From contig CAWBKB010000005.1 of NCBI GenBank assembly GCA_963789265.1, positions 480,001 to 544,000 on the forward strand: a stretch of DNA of 64,000 bases. Direction: 5' to 3'. Below, piece after piece: positions 10,098 through 21,323 of this stretch; position 1 is the stretch's first letter; the number at the start of each line of letters is the position of its first letter. The notes beneath the pieces were generated by a model, which ran no database searches, was not told where the DNA came from, and worked only from the letters and a program-made list of their open reading frames with translations. Source of the DNA: an uncultured delta proteobacterium. Its GTDB lineage: Bacteria; Desulfobacterota; Desulfomonilia; Desulfomonilales; Desulfomonilaceae. Made by a program: the position numbers and the translations under genes.

Positions 10098-11312
10098 TTG
10101 ATGCAACCTAACGAAAGTTTTTATGGACCTCTTAAATGGGGCGCGATCTTAGTGGTTCTCTTGGGCGGCCTTTTAATTGGCGGCTGCGATCGCCGGCAGC
10201 AGTCCAAGCGGTCCCGTATCCCGGAAGTAGCTACGGTGACGATCCAGCCTCAGCAAGTCCTGCTGACCACCGAACTGCCGGGACGCACGTGTGCGCACCT
10301 TGTTTCAGAAATCCGCCCCCAGGTCAATGGAATCATTAAGAAACGCCTGTTCACGGAGGGCTCCGATGTCGAGGCCGGCCAGCTTCTTTATCAGATCGAT
10401 CCTGCCCCCTTTCAGGCAGCGCTTGACAGTGCGAAGGCTTCACTTGCGAAATCACGAGCCAATATGGCTGTCACTCGGTTGAGGTTCGAACGATACAAAG
10501 AATTACTTGCTGAAAGAGTGGTCAGCCAGCAGGACTATGACGACAGGGAAGCCGCTCTGAAACAGGCCGAAGCCGACATTGAGTATTGCAAGGCCGCGGT
10601 TGAAACGGCTCGCATCAATCTGGACTACACCCGTGTCACAGCTCCCATATTCGGACGTATCGGCAAGTCCAACGTGACAGATGGTGCTCTCGTAACAGCG
10701 TATCAGCTCTTACCTCTGGCAACCATTCAGCAACTGGACCCCATTTACGTGGATGTGACCCAGTCCACTACCGAACTTCTACGCCTAAAGCGCCGCCTGG
10801 AGGGCAATCGCCTTCATCAAAAGGGAACCAACCAGAACACAGTCAAGGCCATCCTGGAAGACGGCACAGAATACCAATTTAAAGGGACCCTTCAGTTTCG
10901 AGATATCACGGTGGATCCCACCACCGGTTCAGTGGTGCTGCGAGCTGTCTTTCCAAATCCTAAAGGGGATCTCTTGCCGGGTATGTTCCTCCGTGAGGTT
11001 GTGAAAGAAGGCACAAATGAGCAGGCCATCCTTGTTCCGCAGCAGGCGGTCTCGCGCGATCCAAAGGGGAATCCAATTACCCTCATTGTGGATGCTGAAG
11101 GCAAAATTCAGCAGCGCATGCTCATTCTCGATCGCGCCATCGGCGATAAGTGGCTCGTTTCGTCAGGTCTTGCATCCGGTGATCGTGTTGTCGTCGAGGG
11201 TATGCAAAAAGTTAAGCCTGGCGCTTCTGCGATAATCATCCCTTTTGATGCCGCACGGAAGGCTGACGCGGAACCTGGCAATATGGCAACGCCGGCTGAG
11301 AAAGCGAATTGA
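10098..11312 (+). CDS. RND efflux periplasmic adaptor (AcrA/MexA family), probable lipoprotein
   Basis: LLIGGC lipobox-like; EIRPQVNGII, LYQIDP, VDPTTGSVVLRAVFPNP motifs. Confidence 0.93.
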   Translation: MMQPNESFYGPLKWGAILVVLLGGLLIGGCDRRQQSKRSRIPEVATVTIQPQQVLLTTELPGRTCAHLVSEIRPQVNGIIKKRLFTEGSDVEAGQLLYQIDPAPFQAALDSAKASLAKSRANMAVTRLRFERYKELLAERVVSQQDYDDREAALKQAEADIEYCKAAVETARINLDYTRVTAPIFGRIGKSNVTDGALVTAYQLLPLATIQQLDPIYVDVTQSTTELLRLKRRLEGNRLHQKGTNQNTVKAILEDGTEYQFKGTLQFRDITVDPTTGSVVLRAVFPNPKGDLLPGMFLREVVKEGTNEQAILVPQQAVSRDPKGNPITLIVDAEGKIQQRMLILDRAIGDKWLVSSGLASGDRVVVEGMQKVKPGASAIIIPFDAARKADAEPGNMATPAEKAN

Positions 11313-11324
11313 CGGAGGTGCTCG

Positions 11325-14300
11325 ATGTTGTCGAGATTCTTTCTGGACCGTCCGGTATTTGCCTGGGTAATTGCCTTGATCATGATGATTGGCGGGGGAT
11401 TGGCAATCTATAAGTTGCCCATATCACAGTATCCACCTATTGCTCCGCCCTCAATTGCCATTGACTCTACCTATCCGGGGGCCTCTGCCGAGACGGTCGA
11501 GAACACCGTGACACAGATCATCGAACAGCAGATGACCGGCCTGGACAATATGCTGTACTTTTCCGCCACCAGCAATTCGGCAGGCAACTCCCGCATCCAG
11601 TTGACTTTTGCTCCGGGAACCGACCCGGACCTCGCTTGGGCTCAAGTCCAGAACAAGCTTCAGCTCGCCACTGCAAGCCTACCGGACGTAGTGCAACGAC
11701 AGGGTGTGGCGGTGAGCAAATCTACCAGGAACTGGTTGATGATCGTGGGCTTGATCTCGGAAGACGGGAGCATGGATGGAAACGACCTGAGAGACTATGC
11801 CCAATCGATCCTATTCAAAGTGCTGGGTCGCGTGCCCGGGGTAGGCGAGGTTCAAGTCTTTGGGTCCCAGTATGCAATGCGCGTCTGGCTGAACCCCGAC
11901 AAGCTGACCGATTACCAGTTGACCGTCGACGACGTCATCACGGCACTTCAGGCCTATAACGTGGAGGTCTCCGCAGGCCAGTTCGGTGGAGCGCCGGCGG
12001 TGGAAGGCCAGCGTTTGAACGTCTCAGTTATTGTGCAAAATCTCCTTAAAACCCCTGAGGAGTTTGCCGCCATCCCCATTCGCGTGAATCCTGACGGCTC
12101 CATAGTGAGGATCAAGGATGTGGGAAGGACAGAATTGGGTGCCGAGTTTTATGATGTCTTGAATTTCTACAACCGCAAGCCTGCGGCAGGCCTGGCCATC
12201 CGGCAGGTTCCCGGCTCGAACGCGCTGGATACGGCCGATGCCATAAAGGCGAAACTGAAGGATATGAGTCGGTACTTCCCGCCGGGCATGAAGGTCGTTT
12301 ACCCTTACGACACCACGCCCTTTATCAAGGTGGCCATCGAAGAGGTGGTCAAAACCCTTTTTGAGGCGATCCTGCTGGTCTTCCTGGTCATGTACCTTTT
12401 CTTGGGAAATATCCGGGCCACCTTGATTCCAACGATCGCTGTGCCGGTAGTGCTCCTGGGGACTTTCGCAGTTTCTGGGGCTTTTCGGGTTCTCCATCAA
12501 CATGCTGACCATGTTTGCCATGGTGCTGGCCATCGGCCTTCTAGTGGATGATGCGATTGTAGTGATAGAGAACGTGGAACGGATCATGCGTGACGAAGGG
12601 CTCTCGCCCAGGGAAGCCACCGCCAAATCCATGGACGAAATCACCAGCGCCCTGATCGGGATAGGGTTAGTGTTATCAGCAGTATTCGGTCCCATGGCGT
12701 TCTTTACCGGCTCGACTGGCGTCATCTATCGTCAGTTTTCCGTCACCATTGTCGCCTCGATGCTCCTGTCAGTGGTTGTAGCCCTGATCTTGACGCCCGT
12801 TCTCTGCGCATCGCTGCTCAAACCGGTGGCAAAAGGGCATGAGCCCTCGGAAAATGCGATCTTTTTCTTACGTCCATTCTTTAGATGGTTTAATCGTACC
12901 TTTTACCGCGCCAGAGATTTTTACTTAAAAGTGGTTGACAATTTTTTTTACAGAAGAGCGCGTTATTTGGCAGTTTTCATTGTGATCGTTGCAGCCATGG
13001 GTTTTCTGTTTCATCGCATGCCAACCGCTTACCTCCCGGATGAAGACCAGGGGGTCCTATATGTCCAGGCAATACTTCAGGCCAACTCGACCCTCGAGCA
13101 GACCCAGCAAGTCCTGGACCGGGTCCAAGAACATTTCCTGGTGGCAGAAAAAGATGCGGTCGAAGCCATAATGACTGTCCCAGGTCGGAGCTTTACCATT
13201 CAGGGACAGAACGTGGGTTTGGCATTTGTCAAGCTCAAGGACTGGAAGCTCCGCGACCGGCCGGATCTGAAGGCCTCGGCTGTCGTCAGAAAGGCCATGA
13301 GAGCCCTTTCAAAAATTCGCAACGCTAGGGTGTTCGTTTTTCCGCCGCCGGCTGTCCTCGAAATGGGCCTATCCAAGGGTTTTGATTTTCAGTTGCAGGA
13401 TCTCGGCGGCTTGGGCCACGCCGCCCTGATGGCGGCCCGCGACAAACTCCTGGCGATGGCTAAGCGGGACCCAAGATTAATCAGGGTTCGGGCTAACGGA
13501 CTCGAAGACGTTCCCGAATACAGGGTCGATGCGGATTGGGAAAAAGCGGGTGCTCTGGGACTTCCCATTACCGCCATTCATAACACCATATCCACGGCCT
13601 TCGGCAGTGATTATGTCAACAACTTTGTTCAAGGGGGACGAGTGAAGCGGGTGTATGTTCAGGCTGACGCTCCCTACCGCATGTTGCCCAGGGATCTGGA
13701 AAAACTCTATGTGCGAAACACCGCGGGAAAGATGGTTCCCTTTTCTTCTTTTGCTTCCGGACACTGGGCTTACGGTGCCCCCCAGTTGGAGCGGTACAAC
13801 GCCTTTCCGTCCATAAACTTATGGGGTGAGCCCGCGCCGGGTAAGAGTTCCGGTGAGGCGATGCGGGCAATGGAAGAGATCGTGCGAAAATTGCCCCGAG
13901 AGATCGGTTATGATTGGACCGGGATATCCTACCAAGAGCGGTTGGCCGGTTCTCAAGCGGCCCCTCTGTACGCATTTTCTGTGCTGGTGATCTTTTTGGT
14001 GCTGGCAGCCCTTTACGAGAGCTGGTCCCTGCCCATTTCGATCATGCTGGCGTTTCCCCTTGGCGTCATCGGCGGCGTGCTGGCCACGTCCTGTCGTGGA
14101 CTACCCAATGATGTCTATTTCCAGCTTGGACTTCTGACTACATTGGGGCTGACCACCAAGAATGCTATCCTGATCGTGGTGTTCGCAAAATCCAAATTGG
14201 AAGAGGGGATGGGATTGATTGAGGCCACTCTGGAGGGGGCTAGATTACGGTTTCGCCCGATCGTCATGACCTCGCTGGCCTTTGGCTTCGGCGTCTTGCC

Positions 14301-14478
14301 GCTTGCCCTGGCCACCGGCGCGGGTGCGGGAGCACAGAAGGCCATCGGGACCTGCGTCCTGGGCGGTATGGCCACCGCAACATCCCTGGCGATTTTATTT
14401 ATTCCGCTCTTTTATGTCGTAATTTACCGGATATCCGGGAAAAATCCGGATGAACTGAAAAGCTCGACTCGGCTGTAG
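11325..14478 (+). CDS. RND efflux permease (AcrB/MexB family), apparent frameshift ~12473
   Basis: FFLDRPVFAWVIA and QYPPIAPP in the first piece; MVLAIGLLVDDAIVVIENVER and RFRPIVMTSLAF in the second. One extra T explains the break. Confidence 0.93.
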
Positions 14479-14687
14479 TAGAGTCTCCAACGCCACACTG
14501 AGGAAATTAATCCAACAATAGCGAAGAGTGCTAAGAAAGTTTAGCATCACCACTCGCATATTTTTTTGAAACTTTGTATGCTTGTACGTGGTCCTACGGA
14601 CCAATAGTTATTGTGACTATAGCCGGGGGGAATATTTTAATTGCGTTGCAGAATTGCTGCACCTCCACGGCAAAAGAGGGGAAGATC

Positions 14688-16275
14688 ATGGCTACGAAAG
14701 AGGTCGTTCTCGCTCGAACTGATGAATTGCAAGATGGGGAGATGAGAGCCTTCTCCTTTGGAGAAAACAAAGTACTGCTGAGCAAAATCGGTGGTGAATT
14801 CTATGCGGTAGGCGGCATTTGCCCTCACTACGGGGCTTCTCTGGACGAAGGTGTATTGCACGATACTACTATTGTCTGCCCCTGGCACCACGCGTCCTAT
14901 GACGCAAAGACCGGGGACTTGCAAGAGCCCCCTTCTCTGGATGCTCTTCCCACCTATGAAGTAACGATCGAAGGACAAAACGTCGTTGTAAAGCTGCCGG
15001 CGGACATTCCGGACAGGCGAGCCCCCGTCATGACCAGACACGACCCTAAAGCGGACACAAGGCTATTTGCCATTGTCGGGGCCGGAGCCGCCGGAAACGC
15101 CGCTGCACAGACCCTCCGCGAAGACGGTTTCAAAGGCCGCATCGTCATGATAACTCACGAAAACCGGGCCCCGTACGATCGCCCGATGTTGAGCAAAGAA
15201 TACATGGAAGGGTCTGCCGACGAAGAATTAGTACCTCTCAGGTCCGAAACGTTCTATACAGATCATGACATAGACTTCATGTTTCAGAGCAGAGTCAGGC
15301 GAGTCGATATTCCCCAAAAGCTTATAACTTTTGAAAATGGTGAAACCCTAGCCTATGATGTCATACTTCTGGCAAGCGGGGGAATCCCCAAGCCATTGGT
15401 GGTGCCAGGCGCCGAGTTGGAAAACATTCGTACCTTGCGCAGTTTCGTCGATTCCAAGGCGATCGTAGGAGCCGCCCAAAAGGCCTCTCACGTCGGAATA
15501 ATCGGATCCGGGTTTATCGGTATGGAAACGGCCCACAGTCTTACCAAACGAAAGATTCCGGTCACGGTCATATCGCCCGAAGAGACGCCGTTTCAAGCCG
15601 TACTCGGAAAAGAAATCGGTAAAATGTTTCAGACGCTGCACGAAAAGGCCGGCGTTCGTTTCAAAATGGGTGCAAAGGTGAGTAGTTTCGAAGGCAACAA
15701 GAAACGTTCAGTCCATTGTCCTTGAAAACGGCGATCGGATTAATGCAGATCTGGTCATCGTGGGGGTTGGGGTTAGGCCTGCTACCGAGTTTCTGCACGG
15801 TATAGACCTGCTCCCCGACGGCAGCCTCGAGGTTGACCGCTATTTCCGAGTTGCCGAAGATGTTTATGCGGCAGGCGATGTAGCTACGTTTCCTTTGCCT
15901 CATTCAGGAGAAAAAGTACGGATCGAACATTGGCGAACGGCTCAACAGCATGGACGAATTGTGGGACATAATATGGCGGGCAAGAAAATCGCCTATACCA
16001 GTGTTCCTTTTTTCTGGACAAACCAGGTGGACCTGTACTTCCGGTACGTTGGATATGTAAAGGAATGGGATGATATCATAATCCACGGAGATGTAGCTTC
16101 ACAAGAGTTCATTGCATATTACGTAAAGAATGACAGAGTATGTGCCGCAGCAGGCAATAACATGGAAAAGGAAATGGCAGCCATTGAATTGCTAATGGTT
16201 CTAAACAAAATGCCGAGCCCTAAAGAGTTGACGGATGGACGGATAAAAATTATAGAATTTTTGAAAACGATATAG
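14688..16275 (+). CDS. Rieske [2Fe-2S] / FAD-dependent pyridine-nucleotide oxidoreductase fusion, apparent frameshift ~15706
   Basis: CPHYG..CPWHH Rieske motif; GAGAAG, GSGFIGME, YAAGD, RIEHW and VPFFW motifs. Confidence 0.88.
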
Positions 16276-16376
16276 AGTCCAGAAATTGAGTACTTCGAAT
16301 TTAGCATGCTCCAGCAAATTACGTACGAATCAGCGGTATAACAGATCGCATTGGGGGATATTCCCTCGTGTAATAA

Positions 16377-16405
16377 TTGACAAGCGTCACGTGACAGTTT
16401 ACAAT
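16377..16405 (+). promoter_or_regulatory. Near-consensus sigma70 promoter of higBA with palindromic operator
   Basis: TTGACA-17 nt-TACAAT; perfect palindrome GTCACGTGAC (16386-16395) in the spacer. Confidence 0.8.
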
Positions 16406-16412
16406 GTATGGC

Positions 16413-16694
16413 ATGATCAAGACGTTTGCCGACAGACGCACGGAAGAATTGTATGCAACCGGGAGGTCGAAGCGATTTCCGACAGAGATCCGGAAGAGGG
16501 CACTGCGCAAGTTGGCTTACGTCGATTTGGCCACGGGGTTGGAGGACTTGAAGATTCCTCCCAGCAATCGGTTGCATGAACTGGAACGGGATCGAAAAGG
16601 CCAGTTTTCCATCTCCATAAACGATCAATGGCGCATATGCTTTCGTTTTATTGATGGCGAGGCGTACGACGTAGAAATCACGGACTATCACTGA
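16413..16694 (+). CDS. higB: HigB (RelE/ParE superfamily) toxin
   Basis: MIKTF...PPSNRLHEL..DRKGQFSISINDQWRICFRF...VEITDYH. Confidence 0.92.
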   Translation: MIKTFADRRTEELYATGRSKRFPTEIRKRALRKLAYVDLATGLEDLKIPPSNRLHELERDRKGQFSISINDQWRICFRFIDGEAYDVEITDYH

Positions 16695-16706
16695 GGCAGC
16701 TATACC

Positions 16707-17021
16707 ATGAGCATTGCTAACAATAGAGAAAGAACGGTGCGACCGACCCATCCAGGCGAAATGCTCCGGGAAGATTTCCTGCCAGATTATCGGCTCACCG
16801 TGACGAGTTTTGCCAAGGCGCTGGGTGTATCGCGTCAGACTGTCAATGAGTTGCTCCGAGAGCGTAGGGCGGTGAGCCCAGAGATGGCTTTGAGGCTCGC
16901 GCGCCTGTTCGGGAACTCGCCTGAGTTTTGGTTGAATGCTCAGCGGGCTGTTGATCTCTGGGAAGCTAAGCGAAATATTAAAGCGAAAATTGAGCGCATT
17001 ACGCCATTGGACGCCGCGTAA
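16707..17021 (+). CDS. higA: HigA antitoxin (HTH)
   Basis: PTHPGEMLREDFL...MALRLARLFGNSPEFWLNAQ. Confidence 0.92.
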   Translation: MSIANNRERTVRPTHPGEMLREDFLPDYRLTVTSFAKALGVSRQTVNELLRERRAVSPEMALRLARLFGNSPEFWLNAQRAVDLWEAKRNIKAKIERITPLDAA

Positions 17022-17119
17022 GCCCGTCCTGAATGTCCTCTGGCGACGGGTTGACCGCCTCACACACTGGGCTGGTTTGGTTAGGCCCCGCAATTATTCC
17101 TGACCAAATGGAGGACACA

Positions 17120-17540
17120 ATGAAGGTCTTGTTCGCGGTCGGCTTCGGTCCCATCGTGCCTCACGTGGATGCCGGGCAGGTATTTTACAAGGATGTTCTC
17201 GGATTACCGTTGAAAGCGAATGGCTCTTATCTGCACTCTTCAGATATTGAAGGAGTAAAAGAATTCGCTTTGTGGCCTCTGTCAGAAGCCGCGCAATCCT
17301 GCTTCGGGACCGACAAATGGCCGGAGGAGTACCGGTGCGCAAGGATGGCTCGAATTCGATGTGGATGATATTAGCCAGTCAACTAAAGAATCGGAGGCCA
17401 AAGGTTACAGATTGCTGGTCTCCGCCCGAAAAGAGCCTTGGGGCCAGACTGTGACTCGGCTGCTCGGGCCGGAGGGGTTGCTGGTGGGGATCTGCCATGC
17501 GCCGTGGTTCCGTGGTGAGGGAAAGTCGCCGCTGGATTAA
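17120..17540 (+). CDS. VOC/glyoxalase family protein, apparent frameshift ~17335
   Basis: FYKDVLGLPL...FALWPLSEAAQSCFG continues in another frame as QGWLEFDVDD...EPWGQTVTRLLGPEGLLVG; GGAGG RBS. Confidence 0.75.
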
Positions 17541-17769
17541 TGTCATCGAATGACCATGTCAATTTTCACTACAAGGGCATGAGCCAATGATTAATTATCC
17601 TTTCCATGTTTGGGGAGACGGATTGGAACAGCGAGGAGGGTTGTGGCTGACATTCACATTCTTAAACGCGTACTAATGCCATGAAATGACCGATGATGAA
17701 GTCAGAGAGGCCCTTGAGGGAAGAAGGGCAGCTTTGCAAGAGATGTGACGAGAAAGGAAAAGCAGCCGC

Positions 17770-19833
17770 ATGCCAAGAGATATCCCGGTTGGTAACGGAA
17801 AACTTCTTGTGTGTTTCGACAGTGACTACTGCATTCGGGACCTGTATTTCCCCCATGTGGGTAAAGAAAACCATGTCGGCGGCAACTATTCCCGATTCGG
17901 TGTGTGGGTTGACGGTCGATTTTCGTGGGTGGGAAAAGCTTGGAAACTTGATTTGCGCTATGTGAGCGATACTTTGATAACGGACGTAAGTTTGTACAAT
18001 CCATCTCTGGCGATTATTCTCCGATGTAATGATGCGGTCGATTTTCATGAATCCGTTTTTTTAAGAAAGGTACATGTTGAGAACCTCGATGCAAAGAAGA
18101 GAGAAGTACGCCTTTTTTTCTCCAACGATTTCAGCATATCGGGCAATGATGTTGGAGACACCGCCGCATTTGATCCCAAAACAGGGGGGATAGTTCATTA
18201 CAAGGATGACACATACTTTCTTATCAATGGCAGAAGCGAACAATCGAACGGACTTGCCGGTTTTGCTGTTGGTCAAAAAGGAGTCGGGGCCCTGGAAGGA
18301 ACTTACCGCGATGCAGAAGACGGGGTGCTTTCCAAGAATCCCATTGCTCAAGGGGCAGTGGACTCTGTCGTTTCCGTTAGTCTCGAAATCGAAGGCAACT
18401 CCAGCGGTACAGCGTTTTTCTGGCTTTGCGCAGGCCAAAAATGGGAAGAAGTCCGCTTGATTGACGCGATTGTAAAAGAGAAACAGCCTGAAAGCATGAT
18501 TTCACGGACCTCGGATTACTGGCGTCTCTGGGTACGCAAAGAAAACCCTCGTCTAGAGCACTTGCCTGAAGAGATTGGCGAGCTTTATCGGCGCAGCCTG
18601 TTGATTCTGAGGACCCAGATTGACTGGCAGGGCGGTATCATCGCCGCCAACGACTCGGATGTCATCAAGTTCAACCGCGACACTTACTCATATATATGGC
18701 CAAGGGATGGGGCTTTAGTGGCGAATGCTCTCGATCAGGCGGGGTTCCCGGAGCTTTCCGAGAAGTTTTATCGTTTTGCTGCGGACGTGATTGAAGAGGG
18801 GGGATACCTTCTTCACAAGTATAACCCGGATGGGACACTCGCCTCTTCATGGCACCCATGGTTGAGTGAAGGCCATCCTCAATTGCCAATACAAGAAGAT
18901 GAAACAGCGCTTGTGGTTTGGGCTCTGTGGCACCATTTCGTTTATCGCCGTGACGTTGAATTCATAAAACCGTTCTATAAATCTTTCATCAAGAAGGCTG
19001 CGGATTTTATGTGTGATTACAGAGACAAAGATACCGGGCTGCCCGCGGCTTCTTACGATATATGGGAGGAACGGCATGGAGTTTTCAGCTTTACAGTGGC
19101 GGCGGTCTTCAGCGGAATCACGGCTGCCTCTTTATTCTGCACGGCATTTGGCGAAAAAGATATAGCCGAACATTACATGCGAGTGGCAGCGGAGATTCGA
19201 GACGGAGCTTCGAACCATCTGTGGCGTCCGGAGTTGAATCGCTTCTGTAGAATGATTTCCCGGAACAGCCACGGCGAAATCGAGTTTGATCCGACAAGGG
19301 ATGCAAGCGTGGCAGGTCTCTTTGCCTTTGGCCTTTATTCCTCCACCGACCCTAGAATACTTTCGACAATGGAGGATCTCAGAGAAAAATTGTGGATTAA
19401 AACCCAGGTGGGCGGAATGGCCCGGTATGAAGGAGATAATTATCACCGTGCGAGCAATGATTTACCAGGGAACCCCTGGTTTATATGCACGCTGTGGCTG
19501 GCAGATTTTCTCGCGGAAAGGGCGGAGACTGAAGCGGACGTCGCTTCAGCTATTGAGCTGATGAAGTGGGTGACTGAACATGCACTTCCCTCGGGTGTGT
19601 TGGCAGAGCAAGTGCATCCGCTTACCGGCGAACCCTTGTCGGTGTCACCCCTGACTTGGAGCCACGCCACATTTGTTGCCACAGCTCATCGAGTGTTGCG
19701 GCACCTCGGAAGAATCAAGGTATGCCCCGAATGCGGATCGACATTGACCGATCCTAGGCCAAAGGAGCATTGGCTTGACAGGCTTTATGCTGATACGTGC
19801 GATACGATCTACGGCTTTTGTCAAGTGAGATAG
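17770..19833 (+). CDS. Glycoside hydrolase family 15 (glucoamylase/trehalase-like)
   Basis: YSYIWPRDGA, QEDET, DIWEER and LAEQV..PLTWSHA motifs. Confidence 0.9.
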   Translation: MPRDIPVGNGKLLVCFDSDYCIRDLYFPHVGKENHVGGNYSRFGVWVDGRFSWVGKAWKLDLRYVSDTLITDVSLYNPSLAIILRCNDAVDFHESVFLRKVHVENLDAKKREVRLFFSNDFSISGNDVGDTAAFDPKTGGIVHYKDDTYFLINGRSEQSNGLAGFAVGQKGVGALEGTYRDAEDGVLSKNPIAQGAVDSVVSVSLEIEGNSSGTAFFWLCAGQKWEEVRLIDAIVKEKQPESMISRTSDYWRLWVRKENPRLEHLPEEIGELYRRSLLILRTQIDWQGGIIAANDSDVIKFNRDTYSYIWPRDGALVANALDQAGFPELSEKFYRFAADVIEEGGYLLHKYNPDGTLASSWHPWLSEGHPQLPIQEDETALVVWALWHHFVYRRDVEFIKPFYKSFIKKAADFMCDYRDKDTGLPAASYDIWEERHGVFSFTVAAVFSGITAASLFCTAFGEKDIAEHYMRVAAEIRDGASNHLWRPELNRFCRMISRNSHGEIEFDPTRDASVAGLFAFGLYSSTDPRILSTMEDLREKLWIKTQVGGMARYEGDNYHRASNDLPGNPWFICTLWLADFLAERAETEADVASAIELMKWVTEHALPSGVLAEQVHPLTGEPLSVSPLTWSHATFVATAHRVLRHLGRIKVCPECGSTLTDPRPKEHWLDRLYADTCDTIYGFCQVR

Positions 19834-19893
19834 CTAACATCTCACTTTTAGTTTGAATGCAGACTCTATTGAGCAGCCCTTTGTGAGGACAAT

Positions 19894-20887
19894 ATGGCCG
19901 TGCCTGACCAAGCAACTGTTTTAGCCGGCGATATCGGCGGAACCAAGACCAATCTTGGTCTGTTTGCCTGTGGAGAAGATCGCCCGACTCTCCTGGTGAT
20001 GGAATCGTACTCAAGCCCTCACTCAACCGGTTTGTCCGAATTGATCGCACGATTTGTGGAAGCTCACTCCGGGTCGATTTCTTCAGCCTGCTTCGGGATT
20101 GCCGGTCCTGTTATAGACGGCCGGTGCAGGACCACCAATCTTCCGTGGGAAGTGTCCGAAGCCGAAATAAGTCAGAATTTCGGCTGGAATAAGGTCCGTC
20201 TCGTTAACGATCTGGCCGCCACAGCGATGGCTATCCCCCTTCTCCAAGGCCGCCAACTGTTCGCATTGAATGAAGGCCGGGCCCAAAAGGGGAACATCGG
20301 GCTTGCGGCCCCCGGAACCGGGCTGGGGATTTCCCTCCTGGTGTTCGCGAACGGGAAGGTTCACGCCGTATCTTCAGAGGGGGGACACGTAGATTTTGCG
20401 CCTAGAAATGAAACTGAAATCGACCTGTGGCGGCACCTTAGACAGAGCCACGATCACGTCAGCGTGGAGCGGGTTGCCTCCGGACCCGGGATCTTTGGTA
20501 TTTATTCGTGGCTCAAGGCTCGGGATGGGTACGAAGAACCCGAATGGTTCGCTGAGAAAATGAAAATGCACGATCCGTCTGCGGTCATATCCGAAGCGGC
20601 CCTGGAGGAGAAATTGGAACCGTGCGTCAGGACCTTGAAGCTGTTCGTATCGGGTACTCGGCTCAACCGCAGGTAATTTGGCCCTAACCGGAATGACCAC
20701 CGGAGGCATGTACATTGGCGGGGGCATCGCCCCGCGAATTCTTCCTTTACTTGAAGAAGGGGACTTCATCAAAGCGTTTACCGACAAGGGACGATTCAAG
20801 GACTTACTGTCCACGATACCGGTGCACGTGATTCTTAACGACAAAGCAGCCTTGCTGGGCGCAGCCTGGTGTGCCTCAGAAAAATAG
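19894..20887 (+). CDS. glk: Glucokinase, apparent frameshift ~20652
   Basis: LAGDIGGTKT, TNLPW, LVND, APGTGLG and SEGGH; downstream piece GGMYIGGGIAPRI...AALLGAA. Confidence 0.9.
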
Positions 20888-21038
20888 GAATTTTCATAGG
20901 ATTGGCAGAGTGTCAGTTGAAACGAAAGTTATGATTGCTCCGATGCTGAGAGGCTTGGCCGGTAGGAATGCCGGCTTCAGCAAATGCTCACAGAAGTCCG
21001 GAACGGGTCGAAATGGAGGCACGAAGGTCGTTAGAGTT

Positions 21039-21181
21039 CTGGTTCCCAATCCCGCGTCTCGCGGGACCGCCTGGGAATCCCGCGGCACGCGGGACTATGC
21101 CCGCAAGTTGCCTTTATTTCGGCATCATGGTCGAGGCAGAGCCTCGAAGGCAGGCATTCCCAGGCAGAGCCTGTGAACGAG
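21039..21181. repeat. REP-like palindromic intergenic element
   Basis: GTTCCCA...TGGGAAT arms with two TCCCGCG-n3-CGCGGGA hairpins, GAGGCAGAGCCTC and GCATTCCCAGGCAGAGCCTGTGAACGAG. Confidence 0.55.
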
Positions 21182-21323
21182 AAATCCTGAGCGCAGCGTC
21201 ACGATTTCGGGCCGATTTTCAATTTTGAGCCAGTTTCTCGGCGCCGATAACAAAAAGTCCGGTGACGATTACGAAAATTGTGTCCTCGCCATCTTATTGG
21301 TTGGGCTCCCTGAGAGGTGTAAC

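Noticed and set aside
8369..17021. Prophage or integrative element bounded by the two toxin-antitoxin modules
   Set aside because: No integrase, transposase, phage gene or att-like repeat was seen.
16119..17093. 324-aa minus-strand ORF
   Set aside because: It is antisense to the well-supported higBA genes and shows no recognisable motifs.
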